Shown here piece by piece: positions 27,085 to 36,761 of a stretch of 64,000 bases of DNA; positions within the stretch are counted from its first letter, which is position 1, and each line of letters begins with the position of its first letter. The stretch lies in assembly GCA_024686575.1 (NCBI GenBank), contig GCA_024686575.1_4863.1. One strand, written 5' to 3'. The notes beneath the pieces were generated by a model. That model made no database searches and was not told the origin of the DNA. It saw only the letters and a program-made list of their open reading frames with translations. Made by a program: the position numbers and the translations under genes. Source of the DNA: a phage.

Positions 27085-28561
27085 TATCGGCTCCTCTGAT
27101 GGCTATAATCGTGGTATTAAATTGCGTCAACAGGACACGGCGATAGAACTTCGTGATTTCACCAATCACACTTGGTGGTAACACAGGTTTATCCCACCAC
27201 CAATCCGGGCAATCCCAATCTGGGAATAACCACTCAATAAGCACTTTTGCCGCTTTTGGATAAAGATGCAGTGGCCATAAGTCCATATTACGCCAGTCGT
27301 GTATTGCCGACTCTGTTAAGTAGTACGCTTTCTCGACATGAACTTCACGGTTACGTAGCGAGAAGACGCCGTTTTCCCAATGGTAGAAACGTGGTTCAAT
27401 GATTTGACCGTTCTCGAACAATTCCATACGGATAATGCCCGTCTGACCTGTCGGGTCTATCGTGCGACAGTGCTCGATATAAGGAACCACGTCGGCATTC
27501 CAGACATACGGTAAATCATCGATACTACAAACCTCAGGGTCGATCATGTTTTCTTCACCGAAGGCTACATCGGTGCCGAACACATGCAGAAGCTTTGCTT
27601 TTAGCGGCGAGTGTGTACGTTCGAACTGTTCTGTCGGTGACAGCAGATACGGTAGGCGTAAGAACTGGCGAGATTCATTAATCCACCAAGTGCCGTCGAG
27701 GTTCTTTTGCTGTTGGTGACGTTGCACACCCTCTTCATTACTCACAAACGGTGGGTCTATCTCAGGCCACCATTCATCGGGCAACGGTGTCTGGTTGATG
27801 ATGTACGGGTAGGTAATCACCACCTCTTCGGGTCGCTGATACGAGAAGCGTATAACGAAGCTGGTCTCGTAATGGTTTTCGTCGTTATCCCAGGTAGGAG
27901 AGATAACATCGTAAACCGTCTCGATACGGGTTGGTGCATAACGCACCGCTAAGACATTCTGGCCACCGGCGACATTGCCTGTGGTGAAAACGTCGGGTGT
28001 GAAATGTGCCTTTAGATAGGCTTTAAAGTCATCGTATTTCGGCACACGGGTCCCTGCGGCAATATAGCATTCGTTCAATAGCTTAAGCGCAGGCTTTGGA
28101 ATCAGGTAGTACGCTTCGGATTCCGTCATGGTCGAATAGCGACCCATGTCGATAAGTGAATCCAAGCGGTTTGCCCAACGTAACAATTCGTCACGCGATG
28201 GGCCGACACGCCGTAGCGTGATGGTCACGTTATACATTACGCGGACAGGAGCAGCGCGTACTTGGTCTTCGGGGTTATGGAAGAATGGAATCTCTGCCGC
28301 TAACCCAACTTGACGGTTAATGCGTGCACGTTCATCACGTTCTTCTTCCACTTCGACGTAGACACGGTTCGGTGCTGAATAGTCCACCGGTGTCTCATCG
28401 CCGAGCGTAGAGCCTGGCTGATGGGCGGTGTTGAAGCTATCCGTGAAAACAACACTGGCACGTTCAATACCAGATTCGTTTAGCACACGTTCTACGACGC
28501 CGTCGACCACAGCTTTGCGCATGGTCTTGTCCAACGATGGAATTTCAAAATACTGTTGCAT
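27059..28561 (-). CDS. hypothetical protein
   Basis: 500 aa ORF; GAGGGA Shine-Dalgarno upstream of ATG at 28561. Confidence 0.7.
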   Translation of the reverse strand: MQQYFEIPSLDKTMRKAVVDGVVERVLNESGIERASVVFTDSFNTAHQPGSTLGDETPVDYSAPNRVYVEVEEERDERARINRQVGLAAEIPFFHNPEDQVRAAPVRVMYNVTITLRRVGPSRDELLRWANRLDSLIDMGRYSTMTESEAYYLIPKPALKLLNECYIAAGTRVPKYDDFKAYLKAHFTPDVFTTGNVAGGQNVLAVRYAPTRIETVYDVISPTWDNDENHYETSFVIRFSYQRPEEVVITYPYIINQTPLPDEWWPEIDPPFVSNEEGVQRHQQQKNLDGTWWINESRQFLRLPYLLSPTEQFERTHSPLKAKLLHVFGTDVAFGEENMIDPEVCSIDDLPYVWNADVVPYIEHCRTIDPTGQTGIIRMELFENGQIIEPRFYHWENGVFSLRNREVHVEKAYYLTESAIHDWRNMDLWPLHLYPKAAKVLIEWLFPDWDCPDWWWDKPVLPPSVIGEITKFYRRVLLTQFNTTIIAIRGADNAQGEQEG

Positions 28562-28599
28562 TAGCTGTCCCTCGTTGTAGTCATATCACTGGCCTAAAA

Positions 28600-28630
28600 C
28601 GCAAAAAAAAGAAAGGGAGCCGAAACTCCC
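28600..28630 (-). terminator. rho-independent terminator
   Basis: Stem GGGAG/CTCCC with CCGAAA loop, followed on minus strand by TTTCTTTTTTTT. Confidence 0.65.
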
Positions 28631-28638
28631 TTCGTGTT

Positions 28639-28968
28639 TTAGTGGGCCAGCCAAGCCAGCTGCCACTTCTTACATTTTATTCCGCTGTGTCCAACCGGAT
28701 TGCGGATAATGTCCATCGTTTGCCCGACAACGAATTCAATCATCTTGTCTGATAACCTTTTACCCATCGCGATAGAGAGGGCTGTAATTTGATCAGGGTC
28801 ATCGATGTACGCATAGACCGGCTCATTACTGCCGAAGATAAGATAGAAGGAACCCTCGCACGCCACGATTGAGGTCAGTGGCACGATACACCCGGTATAC
28901 TCTCTCGCCAGTTCAGCCGCATTTGGGGTTACTTCCATTACGTAACCTTTAACAGATTTCTTTTCCAC
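28639..28968 (-). CDS. hypothetical protein
   Basis: 109 aa ORF immediately downstream of the DHFR gene; terminator after stop. Confidence 0.6.
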   Translation of the reverse strand: MEKKSVKGYVMEVTPNAAELAREYTGCIVPLTSIVACEGSFYLIFGSNEPVYAYIDDPDQITALSIAMGKRLSDKMIEFVVGQTMDIIRNPVGHSGIKCKKWQLAWLAH

Positions 28969-28969
28969 T

Positions 28970-29521
28970 TTAAACTCCAGCGATACGATTTAAAATTTGA
29001 TACGTCCAACGGTGCGTGTGTTTCTGGCCGTCGGGTAAATGAGTCATGGTGTAGTCGACTTGAAAAACATCTCTGTCGATTTCTGGGAAGAATGCATCTG
29101 CACCTTCAACAGCAATGTCAATACGCGATAGATAAATACGATCCGCACGAGCGAGGGTTTGTTGATAAACTGATGCGCCGCCAATAATCATCACCTCTTG
29201 CTCTTTTCCGGTATCTTTCTCGATACGTTCCAGAGCCTTGATGGCTAAATCAATACTCGTGTGAAACGTCACCAAACGCATGTCGGTGTGTTCTTCCCGG
29301 CCATTGATGTACCCTTCTGGGTTACGAGTAACAATTAAGTTACCGCGGTTAGGCAAAGGACGACAACCTAACGATTCCCAGGTCTTACTACCCATGATAA
29401 CGTTCTTCCCTGTGGTAATTGCCTTAAAGTTAGCCAGGTCGGCAGGCAGACGCCACGGCAGTTCATTGTTTTTACCGATGGCGTTGTTGCGGTCCATCGC
29501 GACGATAATAGAGAGTTTCAC
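28970..29521 (-). CDS. folA: dihydrofolate reductase
   Basis: 183 aa; aligns along full length with bacterial and T4 DHFR (IIVAMDRNNAIG, LPWRLPADLANFK, VIMGSKTWESLG, RPLPNRGN, MIIGGASVYQ, YLSRIDIAVEGADAFFP); GTG start. Confidence 0.85.
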   Translation of the reverse strand: MKLSIIVAMDRNNAIGKNNELPWRLPADLANFKAITTGKNVIMGSKTWESLGCRPLPNRGNLIVTRNPEGYINGREEHTDMRLVTFHTSIDLAIKALERIEKDTGKEQEVMIIGGASVYQQTLARADRIYLSRIDIAVEGADAFFPEIDRDVFQVDYTMTHLPDGQKHTHRWTYQILNRIAGV

Positions 29522-29892
29522 GGTTTGCTCCTACGGGCTTTAGATAATTCTTTCATTGCGTGGCGTAAATGGCGACTAAATTCAAGACGGCTATACGAGA
29601 ATGTCACCGGATAGTCCAGAATCACCGACAGTGATACCGTTCTGGCATCCACTTCGACCAACAGACTGTTCGTACAGCAACCTGCAAACATCCCACTACC
29701 AACCAACGGCCTCTTAAGCCTAATAGTTAGCGTACCAAGCCATTCCCTGTCGCCGAGCAGCAACAAGGCCTCTGCCAGGTCTTCTTCAACTACCGCTAGA
29801 CAGTATTCGTCATCTCGTACACGGAGGCGAATCTGCGGTTCTACGTTTGCGATTTCTGGCGTCATCTCAAATTTAAATTTATCGGTCATCAA
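29518..29892 (-). CDS. hypothetical protein
   Basis: 124 aa ORF; stop overlaps DHFR start; gene begins directly after a terminator hairpin. Confidence 0.6.
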   Translation of the reverse strand: MMTDKFKFEMTPEIANVEPQIRLRVRDDEYCLAVVEEDLAEALLLLGDREWLGTLTIRLKRPLVGSGMFAGCCTNSLLVEVDARTVSLSVILDYPVTFSYSRLEFSRHLRHAMKELSKARRSKP

Positions 29893-29928
29893 ACAATCCC
29901 AAAAAAGAAGGTGGCATGTTAGGCCACC
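29893..29928 (-). terminator. rho-independent terminator or attenuator
   Basis: Stem GGTGGC/GCCACC followed on minus strand by TTCTTTTTTGGG; next gene starts immediately after, so readthrough is likely needed. Confidence 0.6.
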
Positions 29929-29936
29929 TTATTAAA

Positions 29937-30482
29937 TCATTGAACCATACGCTGCGCGTCGTAAGACGGTGCGAGGTTCACAACACGACCATGTAGAGTT
30001 TGCTCTGCTTCGTCTAACAGGTCATCGCGTACGAGCGTCTGGCGAATGTAAAGCGTTGCACGTATCCCCTCAGCGCTGTAAGGCGCGGTGACCATTTTGG
30101 TCTGGTAACCATCAATCGTCACCGGAACACGCTCACCGTTACGACGAACAAAATGCTCCAACTTACCGTAATCGTGACTACAGACTTTAGACATGTCGGA
30201 CAATCCCGCATCGATTAAGTATTTCCAAAGACCGATGATGCTCTCCGAGCAATGTTTGTTAAGTTCACCTTCGACGACAAACTCGTACCCACCGTACGTT
30301 AGAATGTGCGTGCCTGCTGCACGACGATCACATTCTAAAATGAATACGCCCAGACCAATCATAACTGGACGCGGGATTGTCATGACACTGGTACTAAATT
30401 GCAGCGTAGTAACCTCATCCCAAAGGGGCGATGATTTATCGTTACTTACGCTAATAATATCTTTAAGATTGACACGTTTCAT
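29937..30482 (-). CDS. hypothetical protein
   Basis: 181 aa ORF; AAGGAG Shine-Dalgarno 9 nt upstream; terminator downstream. Confidence 0.65.
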   Translation of the reverse strand: MKRVNLKDIISVSNDKSSPLWDEVTTLQFSTSVMTIPRPVMIGLGVFILECDRRAAGTHILTYGGYEFVVEGELNKHCSESIIGLWKYLIDAGLSDMSKVCSHDYGKLEHFVRRNGERVPVTIDGYQTKMVTAPYSAEGIRATLYIRQTLVRDDLLDEAEQTLHGRVVNLAPSYDAQRMVQ

Positions 30483-30540
30483 TATAAATACTCCTTAAGA
30501 TTAATGGTCGATTACATACGGTTTCAGGCTAACGTAATAT

Positions 30541-31302
30541 TTACGCTGCTGGTTCTTCAGCGGTTTTCACTTCAACTGGTTTCATCAGCGAGTTCGCACA
30601 GTCGAAGATAGCATCCAGGAAACCACGGAACGGCTTCATGGCTTCACGCTGGGCGTTCTGACGTTCTTCTTCAATTGCTTCTTCTTGCGCCTGAATTTCT
30701 TCAGCAGTCAGCTCCGGGTGTTCCGTCATGCTTTCTGCCAGGGTCATCACTTTCGGCTGCGCATTCCGAATCGGAATACGGCGGATGACCTTGGTGATAT
30801 TCCCGAGCTTCATGCCACCCAGCGCGGTTTCGAACAGCGTACCGAAATCTTGCAGTGGGTCTTCGCTGATTTCCAGTACCGCCGGAGTCGCAACCAGACC
30901 AAAGGCAATGACCAATTCAACAGCAGTGTCGGTGACGTGCACAGCGAACGGGGTGTCTTCCATCTGCAGGTAATTGTTACCATTATAGGTCACCGGAATG
31001 AATTTGATTTCTTCCCCTTTCTTCAGGCGCAGTGTGTCGACTGCGGCTTTGTACTGAACTTCGTACAGTTCCGGTTTAACACCGTCAACGTTATCCAGTG
31101 TAAAGAGCAGGTCGCCAACCGCCATACGGCGCGGCAGTTTGCGTTTGTTGATTTCGCGCAGCCAGACTTGTAAGCCGGTGAATTGAATTGGGGACAGTAT
31201 AATTTTAAAGCCGTTGGTTGCTTGCAGGATAGCACCGTCGTCTTCGCTACGTTCGATAGAGCCATTAGCCAGAGTAAGCAGATTGATAGTTTTCATTTTC
31301 AT
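30541..31302 (-). CDS. hypothetical protein
   Basis: 253 aa ORF; AAGGAA Shine-Dalgarno; conserved promoter-like motif about 50 nt upstream of ATG. Confidence 0.7.
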   Translation of the reverse strand: MKMKTINLLTLANGSIERSEDDGAILQATNGFKIILSPIQFTGLQVWLREINKRKLPRRMAVGDLLFTLDNVDGVKPELYEVQYKAAVDTLRLKKGEEIKFIPVTYNGNNYLQMEDTPFAVHVTDTAVELVIAFGLVATPAVLEISEDPLQDFGTLFETALGGMKLGNITKVIRRIPIRNAQPKVMTLAESMTEHPELTAEEIQAQEEAIEEERQNAQREAMKPFRGFLDAIFDCANSLMKPVEVKTAEEPAA

Positions 31303-31343
31303 ATTCCTTAAGTGATAGTCGGTTAAAAGATTACCAATGCAAT

Positions 31344-31369
31344 CTCACCTAGGTAATATATATCTGAAA
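31344..31369 (-). promoter_or_regulatory. conserved promoter-like motif 1, second copy
   Basis: Identical 26-mer, with partial conservation of the next 15 nt; located after the paralog-1 terminator and about 50 nt upstream of the ATG at 31302. Confidence 0.55.
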
Positions 31370-31385
31370 TCTTTTCTAATCTGAG

Positions 31386-31426
31386 ACAAAAAAAGAAAGG
31401 GTAAATCCCCCACCGAAGTGGGGGAT
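31386..31426 (-). terminator. rho-independent terminator after paralog 1
   Basis: Stem ATCCCCCAC/GTGGGGGAT, UUCG loop in RNA, followed on minus strand by CTTTCTTTTTTT. Confidence 0.8.
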
Positions 31427-31438
31427 TCGCCAGTCTAA

Positions 31439-32698
31439 TTACTTAGACTTTTCGTACGCACCGATACCGGCGCTGATGTAGCCGTTAACGCCGGCGATCA
31501 GGTTTTTCTGGCCAGTTGCAACGCAACGTTCGGTCCAGGAGATGTACTGGTTCGCAACGGTGATTGCACGACGTGCAACACGGACGTTGGAAGTCAGTTC
31601 AGCGTTGTCGTCGATCTTCACGCCGTCGATACGTTTCAGCAGCGCCTCAATAGCCCGCTCGTACGATTCTTGAGCCTGGTTATTTTTGTGGTACGCTTTC
31701 ACGTTCTCTTCGACTGCTTTACCCAGCTGGTTGAAGAACGCAACCAGAGAAGACAGCGTCTGAGCAGACGGAGTAGAAACAGATTTTTCTACGCTGCCTT
31801 CAGCATCGATAACGGTGAAGGAAGCTTCCAGGTCATCCCCGTTCACTTTCACGTCAGCTTTACCGATCTGGTTACCCAGCAGTTGAACTTCGCCCGCTTT
31901 GCCTGCAGTGGCTTTGTTAACCGCTGCTGCGAAGCCGCTGTTCAGTTTCCCGCCTTCAACTGCGCTGACCATGCTGGTTGCAGCTTTGACCACTGCATCC
32001 TGCTCGCCGTAGATGCTGCCGATAGTAGACAGAACACCTTTCAGGACGTTGATGTCGTTACCGACGAACTTACCACCGGTGGTCAGGTTCTTAATGAACC
32101 CACCGCTAACGGTGTCTTTCTTCTGCTTGCCCAGACCACGCAGAGCCGCGTCATATTTCTTAGCGCGCGCCTGAATGGATTTACCCTGGTTGCTGAACTT
32201 GAGCCAGCGATCTTTGATTTTACGGCCTTGTTCTTTCAGCCAGTCGAAGATACGCTGCAGGAACGCTTTGATGTCGTCCCACAGTGATTCACGAGCAACC
32301 TGACGGCGTTTACGTGCGCCGTAAGATTCCTGCGCAACGCTTACGCGGTGATCGAATGCCCAACGTTTACGGATAGATTCCTGCGCAACGTCCAGCTGCT
32401 CAGCAGCTTCGTCAGGCATATCTTCTTCCACTTCCATTGGCTCTTCGCCATCTTCGCCTTCGCCGTCAGCAGCGGCTTCAGCAGCATCAACTGCATCCAG
32501 CTGTGCATCAGTTTCGTCACCGTCTTCTGCCAGCACGTCTGCTTCTGCGTCCAGCTGGTCGATCGGTTTGGTGTCGTGCTCGATGTCAGCCAGAGTACCT
32601 TCCACGGACTCAGCCGGCAGCTCGATGCCATCTGGAACGACAGTGCCTGCGCCTTCGACAGATTCACGAGCGAGTTTACTTTTTACAAAGTTAGCCAT
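31439..32698 (-). CDS. abundant protein, paralog 1 of tandem pair (candidate head or scaffold-like structural protein)
   Basis: 419 aa; strongly biased codon usage; N-terminus MANFVKSKLARESVE and C-terminus GAGIGAYEKSK shared with the adjacent gene; acidic N-terminal region; terminator downstream. Confidence 0.8.
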   Translation of the reverse strand: MANFVKSKLARESVEGAGTVVPDGIELPAESVEGTLADIEHDTKPIDQLDAEADVLAEDGDETDAQLDAVDAAEAAADGEGEDGEEPMEVEEDMPDEAAEQLDVAQESIRKRWAFDHRVSVAQESYGARKRRQVARESLWDDIKAFLQRIFDWLKEQGRKIKDRWLKFSNQGKSIQARAKKYDAALRGLGKQKKDTVSGGFIKNLTTGGKFVGNDINVLKGVLSTIGSIYGEQDAVVKAATSMVSAVEGGKLNSGFAAAVNKATAGKAGEVQLLGNQIGKADVKVNGDDLEASFTVIDAEGSVEKSVSTPSAQTLSSLVAFFNQLGKAVEENVKAYHKNNQAQESYERAIEALLKRIDGVKIDDNAELTSNVRVARRAITVANQYISWTERCVATGQKNLIAGVNGYISAGIGAYEKSK

Positions 32699-32714
32699 CT
32701 TTTTCTATCCTCTA

Positions 32715-32735
32715 GGCGGTACGCCGTGTACCGCC
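32715..32735 (-). other. intergenic hairpin between the tandem paralogs
   Basis: 8-bp stem GGCGGTAC/GTACCGCC with 5-nt loop and no U-run, between the stop of paralog 2 and the Shine-Dalgarno of paralog 1. Confidence 0.45.
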
Positions 32736-32775
32736 ATTAATGATTTGTCAACTGACGTTCAGTACGTAAAGCGGA

Positions 32776-34053
32776 TTATGCTTTAGACTTTTCGTACGCG
32801 CCAATACCAGCGCCGATGTAGCCGTTCAGGCCGCTGATAACAGTGTTACCAACGTGAGCCACAGCACGGTTCAGAGTCTGGTAGTTACGCACAGCCTGGT
32901 CAGCTGCAGTGCGTGCATTACGCAGCGCTTCCCACTCGCCTTCGTCGTTGGATTTTTTCAGAGCGGCAGCAGCTTTGGCAGCAGCCTCTTCCAGTTTCTC
33001 AACGTCAGCGTCGTAGCTGCGGAAGTCTTGCAGGACTTTCTCGAAGCCTTTACCGATAACGTCCAGGGCAGACGCAGCAGATGCCAGTGCAGAAATAGCC
33101 GGAGTAGCGATTTCTTTCGTTTCAGAAACGTCACCCGTCGACAGGAAGGCCACTGCGGTGAATTCCTGACCGCCTGCCAGAGTTTTGGTGCCGGTCTGTA
33201 CATAGGCGTTGCCTGGCAGTGCCAGAACTTTCTGACCGCCTTCGCCGTCTTCGAATTGCGGCAGTGCGCGCAGTTTCTTCGCAGCGGTACCAAACAGGGC
33301 AACGTCAACAGCGCCTTTAGCAGCGGTTGCGGTACCGTCTGAAGTTTTGGTGATCGCTACAGCAGAGTCAGCCGCCTGAGAGGACAGCTTGTTGATAGCA
33401 TCTTTCGCTTTACCGCCGGTCAGCTCTTTCGCGATAGCGATAGAGTTGGCCACATCGAATTCACCTTCGATAGACAGTTTGCTAATAAAGCCACCAGAAA
33501 TGTTTTCTTTCTTCTGTTTGCCGAGCTTACGCAGCATCTCCTGGTAAGCTTTCGCACGTTTCTGCGCGGACTTACCAACGTTGATGTACTTCAGTTTCAG
33601 CTCTTTCGCTTTCGCGATAACTGCTTTACACAGTTCAACGAAGCGTTCGAACAGATCTTTCAGGGTTTCTTTCCAGCCTTCCTGAGCTGCTTTGGTCATG
33701 CCACGGCCACGGCGATAAGATTCGCGTGCCAGTTTGGTACGATCGATAGCCCAACGCTTACGGATAGATTCCTGCGCCACCTCGGTGTGAGCGATGGCTT
33801 CTTCAGGCATCTCTTCACCGTTTTCGATTTTTTCGTCAGCAGCGTCGATAGCAGCTTCGGTACGCTCGGTATCAGCAGCCAGAGTTTCCTGGTCACCATC
33901 GAGCTGTTCCAGCTGACCGTCGATAGACGCAACTTCTGCCAGCTGAACGTCGATGTTCTCTTCTGCCGGTTCAACGTTGCTCAGACCGTCGATTACGTCG
34001 CCGGTAGCTTCAACGGACTCGCGGGCGAGTTTACTTTTTACAAAGTTTGCCAT
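32776..34053 (-). CDS. abundant protein, paralog 2 of tandem pair (candidate head or scaffold-like structural protein)
   Basis: 425 aa; same N-terminal 15 residues and C-terminal motif as paralog 1; biased codon usage; AAAGGAA Shine-Dalgarno. Confidence 0.8.
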   Translation of the reverse strand: MANFVKSKLARESVEATGDVIDGLSNVEPAEENIDVQLAEVASIDGQLEQLDGDQETLAADTERTEAAIDAADEKIENGEEMPEEAIAHTEVAQESIRKRWAIDRTKLARESYRRGRGMTKAAQEGWKETLKDLFERFVELCKAVIAKAKELKLKYINVGKSAQKRAKAYQEMLRKLGKQKKENISGGFISKLSIEGEFDVANSIAIAKELTGGKAKDAINKLSSQAADSAVAITKTSDGTATAAKGAVDVALFGTAAKKLRALPQFEDGEGGQKVLALPGNAYVQTGTKTLAGGQEFTAVAFLSTGDVSETKEIATPAISALASAASALDVIGKGFEKVLQDFRSYDADVEKLEEAAAKAAAALKKSNDEGEWEALRNARTAADQAVRNYQTLNRAVAHVGNTVISGLNGYIGAGIGAYEKSKA

Positions 34054-34109
34054 TTGTTTCGGTTCCTTTGGTTATAACCCAATTACACGCCCCTAGATAA
34101 GGGGCCCCC

Positions 34110-34667
34110 TTAGGGACGTGCGATTTTTAAAAACACTGCTAACGACGAGATCATATCGGATAACCCGTTCGGACGTGTCAACCAACGTGCCAGCAGTTCG
34201 TGGTCTGCATAAGATAATAGACGCCGGTCAGGCGTGTACGTCTGATGCGCAGTTCCCATTTGGCGAACTTGCCCACTACGGCCGTAAGCCGCAGCAAGAA
34301 GTCGTGAGCCCAGGGAACCGGTTCGCTCTACTTGCTTGGTAGAGTGGATATCGTTCATGTACGATACCAGAAGAACGGACCACTGTCCTGTTGACACTGT
34401 ACGGCGTTTACCGTCAAGTATGAACGATGCAGTTTCGTTATAGAACGTATTAAACGTAAAACCGACCTGCGGATATTCGTCATATAATACTTGTTGGACA
34501 GAGTCAGCGCCCATCATGCGGAAATACGGCAGCACGACGGCTGCAGCTTCCAGGGTTTCATGTATCAGTTCGTCGTCATGAACCAGCACGGGGTTTTGGG
34601 TCAGTTTCGCCATGTAGTTTTTAATCAACTTCTCGGCGAGGTTAAAATTCTGGTCATTGTCAAACAT
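34110..34667 (-). CDS. hypothetical protein
   Basis: 185 aa ORF upstream of the paralog pair; structured GC-rich hairpin just downstream of stop. Confidence 0.65.
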   Translation of the reverse strand: MFDNDQNFNLAEKLIKNYMAKLTQNPVLVHDDELIHETLEAAAVVLPYFRMMGADSVQQVLYDEYPQVGFTFNTFYNETASFILDGKRRTVSTGQWSVLLVSYMNDIHSTKQVERTGSLGSRLLAAAYGRSGQVRQMGTAHQTYTPDRRLLSYADHELLARWLTRPNGLSDMISSLAVFLKIARP

Positions 34668-34690
34668 GAGACTCTCCTGATAATACGGCC

Positions 34691-35668
34691 TTAAACCAGA
34701 CCGTATTTTTTCTCCAGACGTTCACGTTTGTACTTGAGTTCCATCAAGCGCTTTTCGTGCGCTTCGATGAGTTTCTCAATGTGCACGTCCCCTTCACCGG
34801 CAGCCAGTTGTTTCTTGTACAACAGAATACGCAGTTCAGTCGCTTTCGCGGCTTCCACGCACTCGTCATAACGATCCATTTGCCATTCTGCAATATTCAG
34901 ACGCACGCGGTAGACGATCGACAGCGGGAACGGGACGGAGGACATGCCCAGCGGGTCAGTGGTGTTCGAACCGAACTGCTGAACCAATTGGCTATATGTC
35001 TCTTCGTCAAACACCGCTTCGGGTATCTCAGCGTAGTCTGCTTTCAGTTTGGTAATGGGGGTTGCCAGGACGCGCACCGCAATACAGAAAGACGTCTTAC
35101 GAGTTTGCAGATACTGAAGGTCTTTCGGACCGATTCCCTTCACTGCAATGTTCGAGTCTTGTACAGCGGCAATCTCTTCGGCCGTGATGTAGTTAATCAG
35201 GGTGCTAGCGTAACCGACGAAGAATTCGATCATATCCAGCAACTGCAACACGGTTTGTTTGTTGAACGTTAGAGATGATGTCACCAACGTCTTCCCGATG
35301 TCACGGTCGATACACTGCTCCAGGAAAGGTCGCAGCGCCTGTACGTTCTGCATAGACGCGATGACGTACTCCAGCATACTTGCGTTACGTAACCCTTTAA
35401 CTTCCAAACCGGAGCTATGCAGGTACTTAACGATTTCAGTAGAAAGGTCTGCAACAGGCTTCGCTTTAAATGGCTTACCCTGGATACTTCCTACCAGTTC
35501 CTGGAGGTTCTGGAACTGTGGCTCTAACGCAGCAATCGAGTCGCAGTTAGATGACAGTTGATTTTTTAAGTTGGTGGCTTCGAAGCTCGGCAGCAACATC
35601 GCCAACATATTCGGAATCGGCATTCTTTTCCCCTTACAGTACCGGATTCGCGCCAGCGCGATAGGCAT
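34691..35668 (-). CDS. hypothetical protein
   Basis: 325 aa ORF; C-terminal coiled-coil-like region. Confidence 0.7.
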   Translation of the reverse strand: MPIALARIRYCKGKRMPIPNMLAMLLPSFEATNLKNQLSSNCDSIAALEPQFQNLQELVGSIQGKPFKAKPVADLSTEIVKYLHSSGLEVKGLRNASMLEYVIASMQNVQALRPFLEQCIDRDIGKTLVTSSLTFNKQTVLQLLDMIEFFVGYASTLINYITAEEIAAVQDSNIAVKGIGPKDLQYLQTRKTSFCIAVRVLATPITKLKADYAEIPEAVFDEETYSQLVQQFGSNTTDPLGMSSVPFPLSIVYRVRLNIAEWQMDRYDECVEAAKATELRILLYKKQLAAGEGDVHIEKLIEAHEKRLMELKYKRERLEKKYGLV

Positions 35669-36752
35669 CGATGATTTTGTTTACATCGCCGCTACCGGAC
35701 TTCGCCTTGCTAAAGTCTGATTTGTCGAGTTCTTGAGACCCGGTCTGACCACGCGTATAAATGGTTACACGGTTCCAGGTCTGGTCGACAACCACGTAGT
35801 AAACAGTCAGGGTGTCTTTGAACACACGCTGGCGGATATTGTAATCATCGAAGTCACCGCCCAGCTGAGCAGTCAGATCGTCGATAGTTTCTTGAGAAAC
35901 CACCATAACCGAAGACGCGTTGTTGATGGATGGGCTCAGTGTCAGCAGGCCAGACAGCCAGTTGGCGTTTTTCTTCTCCATCATCTTGCGGTAATAACCG
36001 GACTTATCACGGAAGCGGTTCTTACGGTATTCTTCGATAAGGTCATTACACAGCGCGATATCTTTCGCGTAGCTGAGAGAACCGACCTTCGCGCGCAGCA
36101 CACGTTCCCAGAAGGTTTTGGTTTGATCGCTGAACGCGATGAGCGTTTTCATTTCGTCGGTCGGCAGAGACTTCACATCAAGACGCAGACGCATCGGCAG
36201 CTCGACTTTATTACCGTCACGTTCGAAGGTAACAGAGAACACTTTACCGTTGGACAGACCTTCTTGATCATGCAGGAGCTTCAGCGTGTTGTTCGGCAGC
36301 ACAGAACCTGCGGACGATTCAGTCGCTACTTTGTTATCGGATTTCTGGCGACGGGATTCACCGACCGCAAGCCCGATTTTATCGTATGACGGCAGCGTGT
36401 GACGGGAGGACTCGCCGATTGCGAAAGACGCTAAGCGAGAACCCGAACGTGCAGCCGCGTCGAGGGCATTACGACGGGTGCTAACCTGGTCAAGCGTACC
36501 AAGGATATCAACCTCAGGAACACCTACCAGAATTGAGATGGCGGTAAGTTGGTTGCCCGCGAGCAGGATTTGGATTTTCTCCAGAATACCTGGCAGGTAA
36601 TCTAAGCCCAACAGACTTTGTTCAACCAGCGTGGTGTGCTCGTTGTACAGCACAGAGTTGAATTCTTCCGTCGATTCCGCCCGCTGGCGAAGCAGCATGG
36701 GAAACTTAGAAAGAAAGGAGACGAGCGATGTCTCAAATGTTTTTTCTGCCAT
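35634..36752 (-). CDS. hypothetical protein
   Basis: 372 aa ORF; divergent from plus gene 36775; 12-bp palindrome AACTCCGGAGTT between the two starts supplies GGAG on both strands. Confidence 0.7.
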   Translation of the reverse strand: MAEKTFETSLVSFLSKFPMLLRQRAESTEEFNSVLYNEHTTLVEQSLLGLDYLPGILEKIQILLAGNQLTAISILVGVPEVDILGTLDQVSTRRNALDAAARSGSRLASFAIGESSRHTLPSYDKIGLAVGESRRQKSDNKVATESSAGSVLPNNTLKLLHDQEGLSNGKVFSVTFERDGNKVELPMRLRLDVKSLPTDEMKTLIAFSDQTKTFWERVLRAKVGSLSYAKDIALCNDLIEEYRKNRFRDKSGYYRKMMEKKNANWLSGLLTLSPSINNASSVMVVSQETIDDLTAQLGGDFDDYNIRQRVFKDTLTVYYVVVDQTWNRVTIYTRGQTGSQELDKSDFSKAKSGSGDVNKIIDAYRAGANPVL

Positions 36753-36761
36753 TTTTAACTA

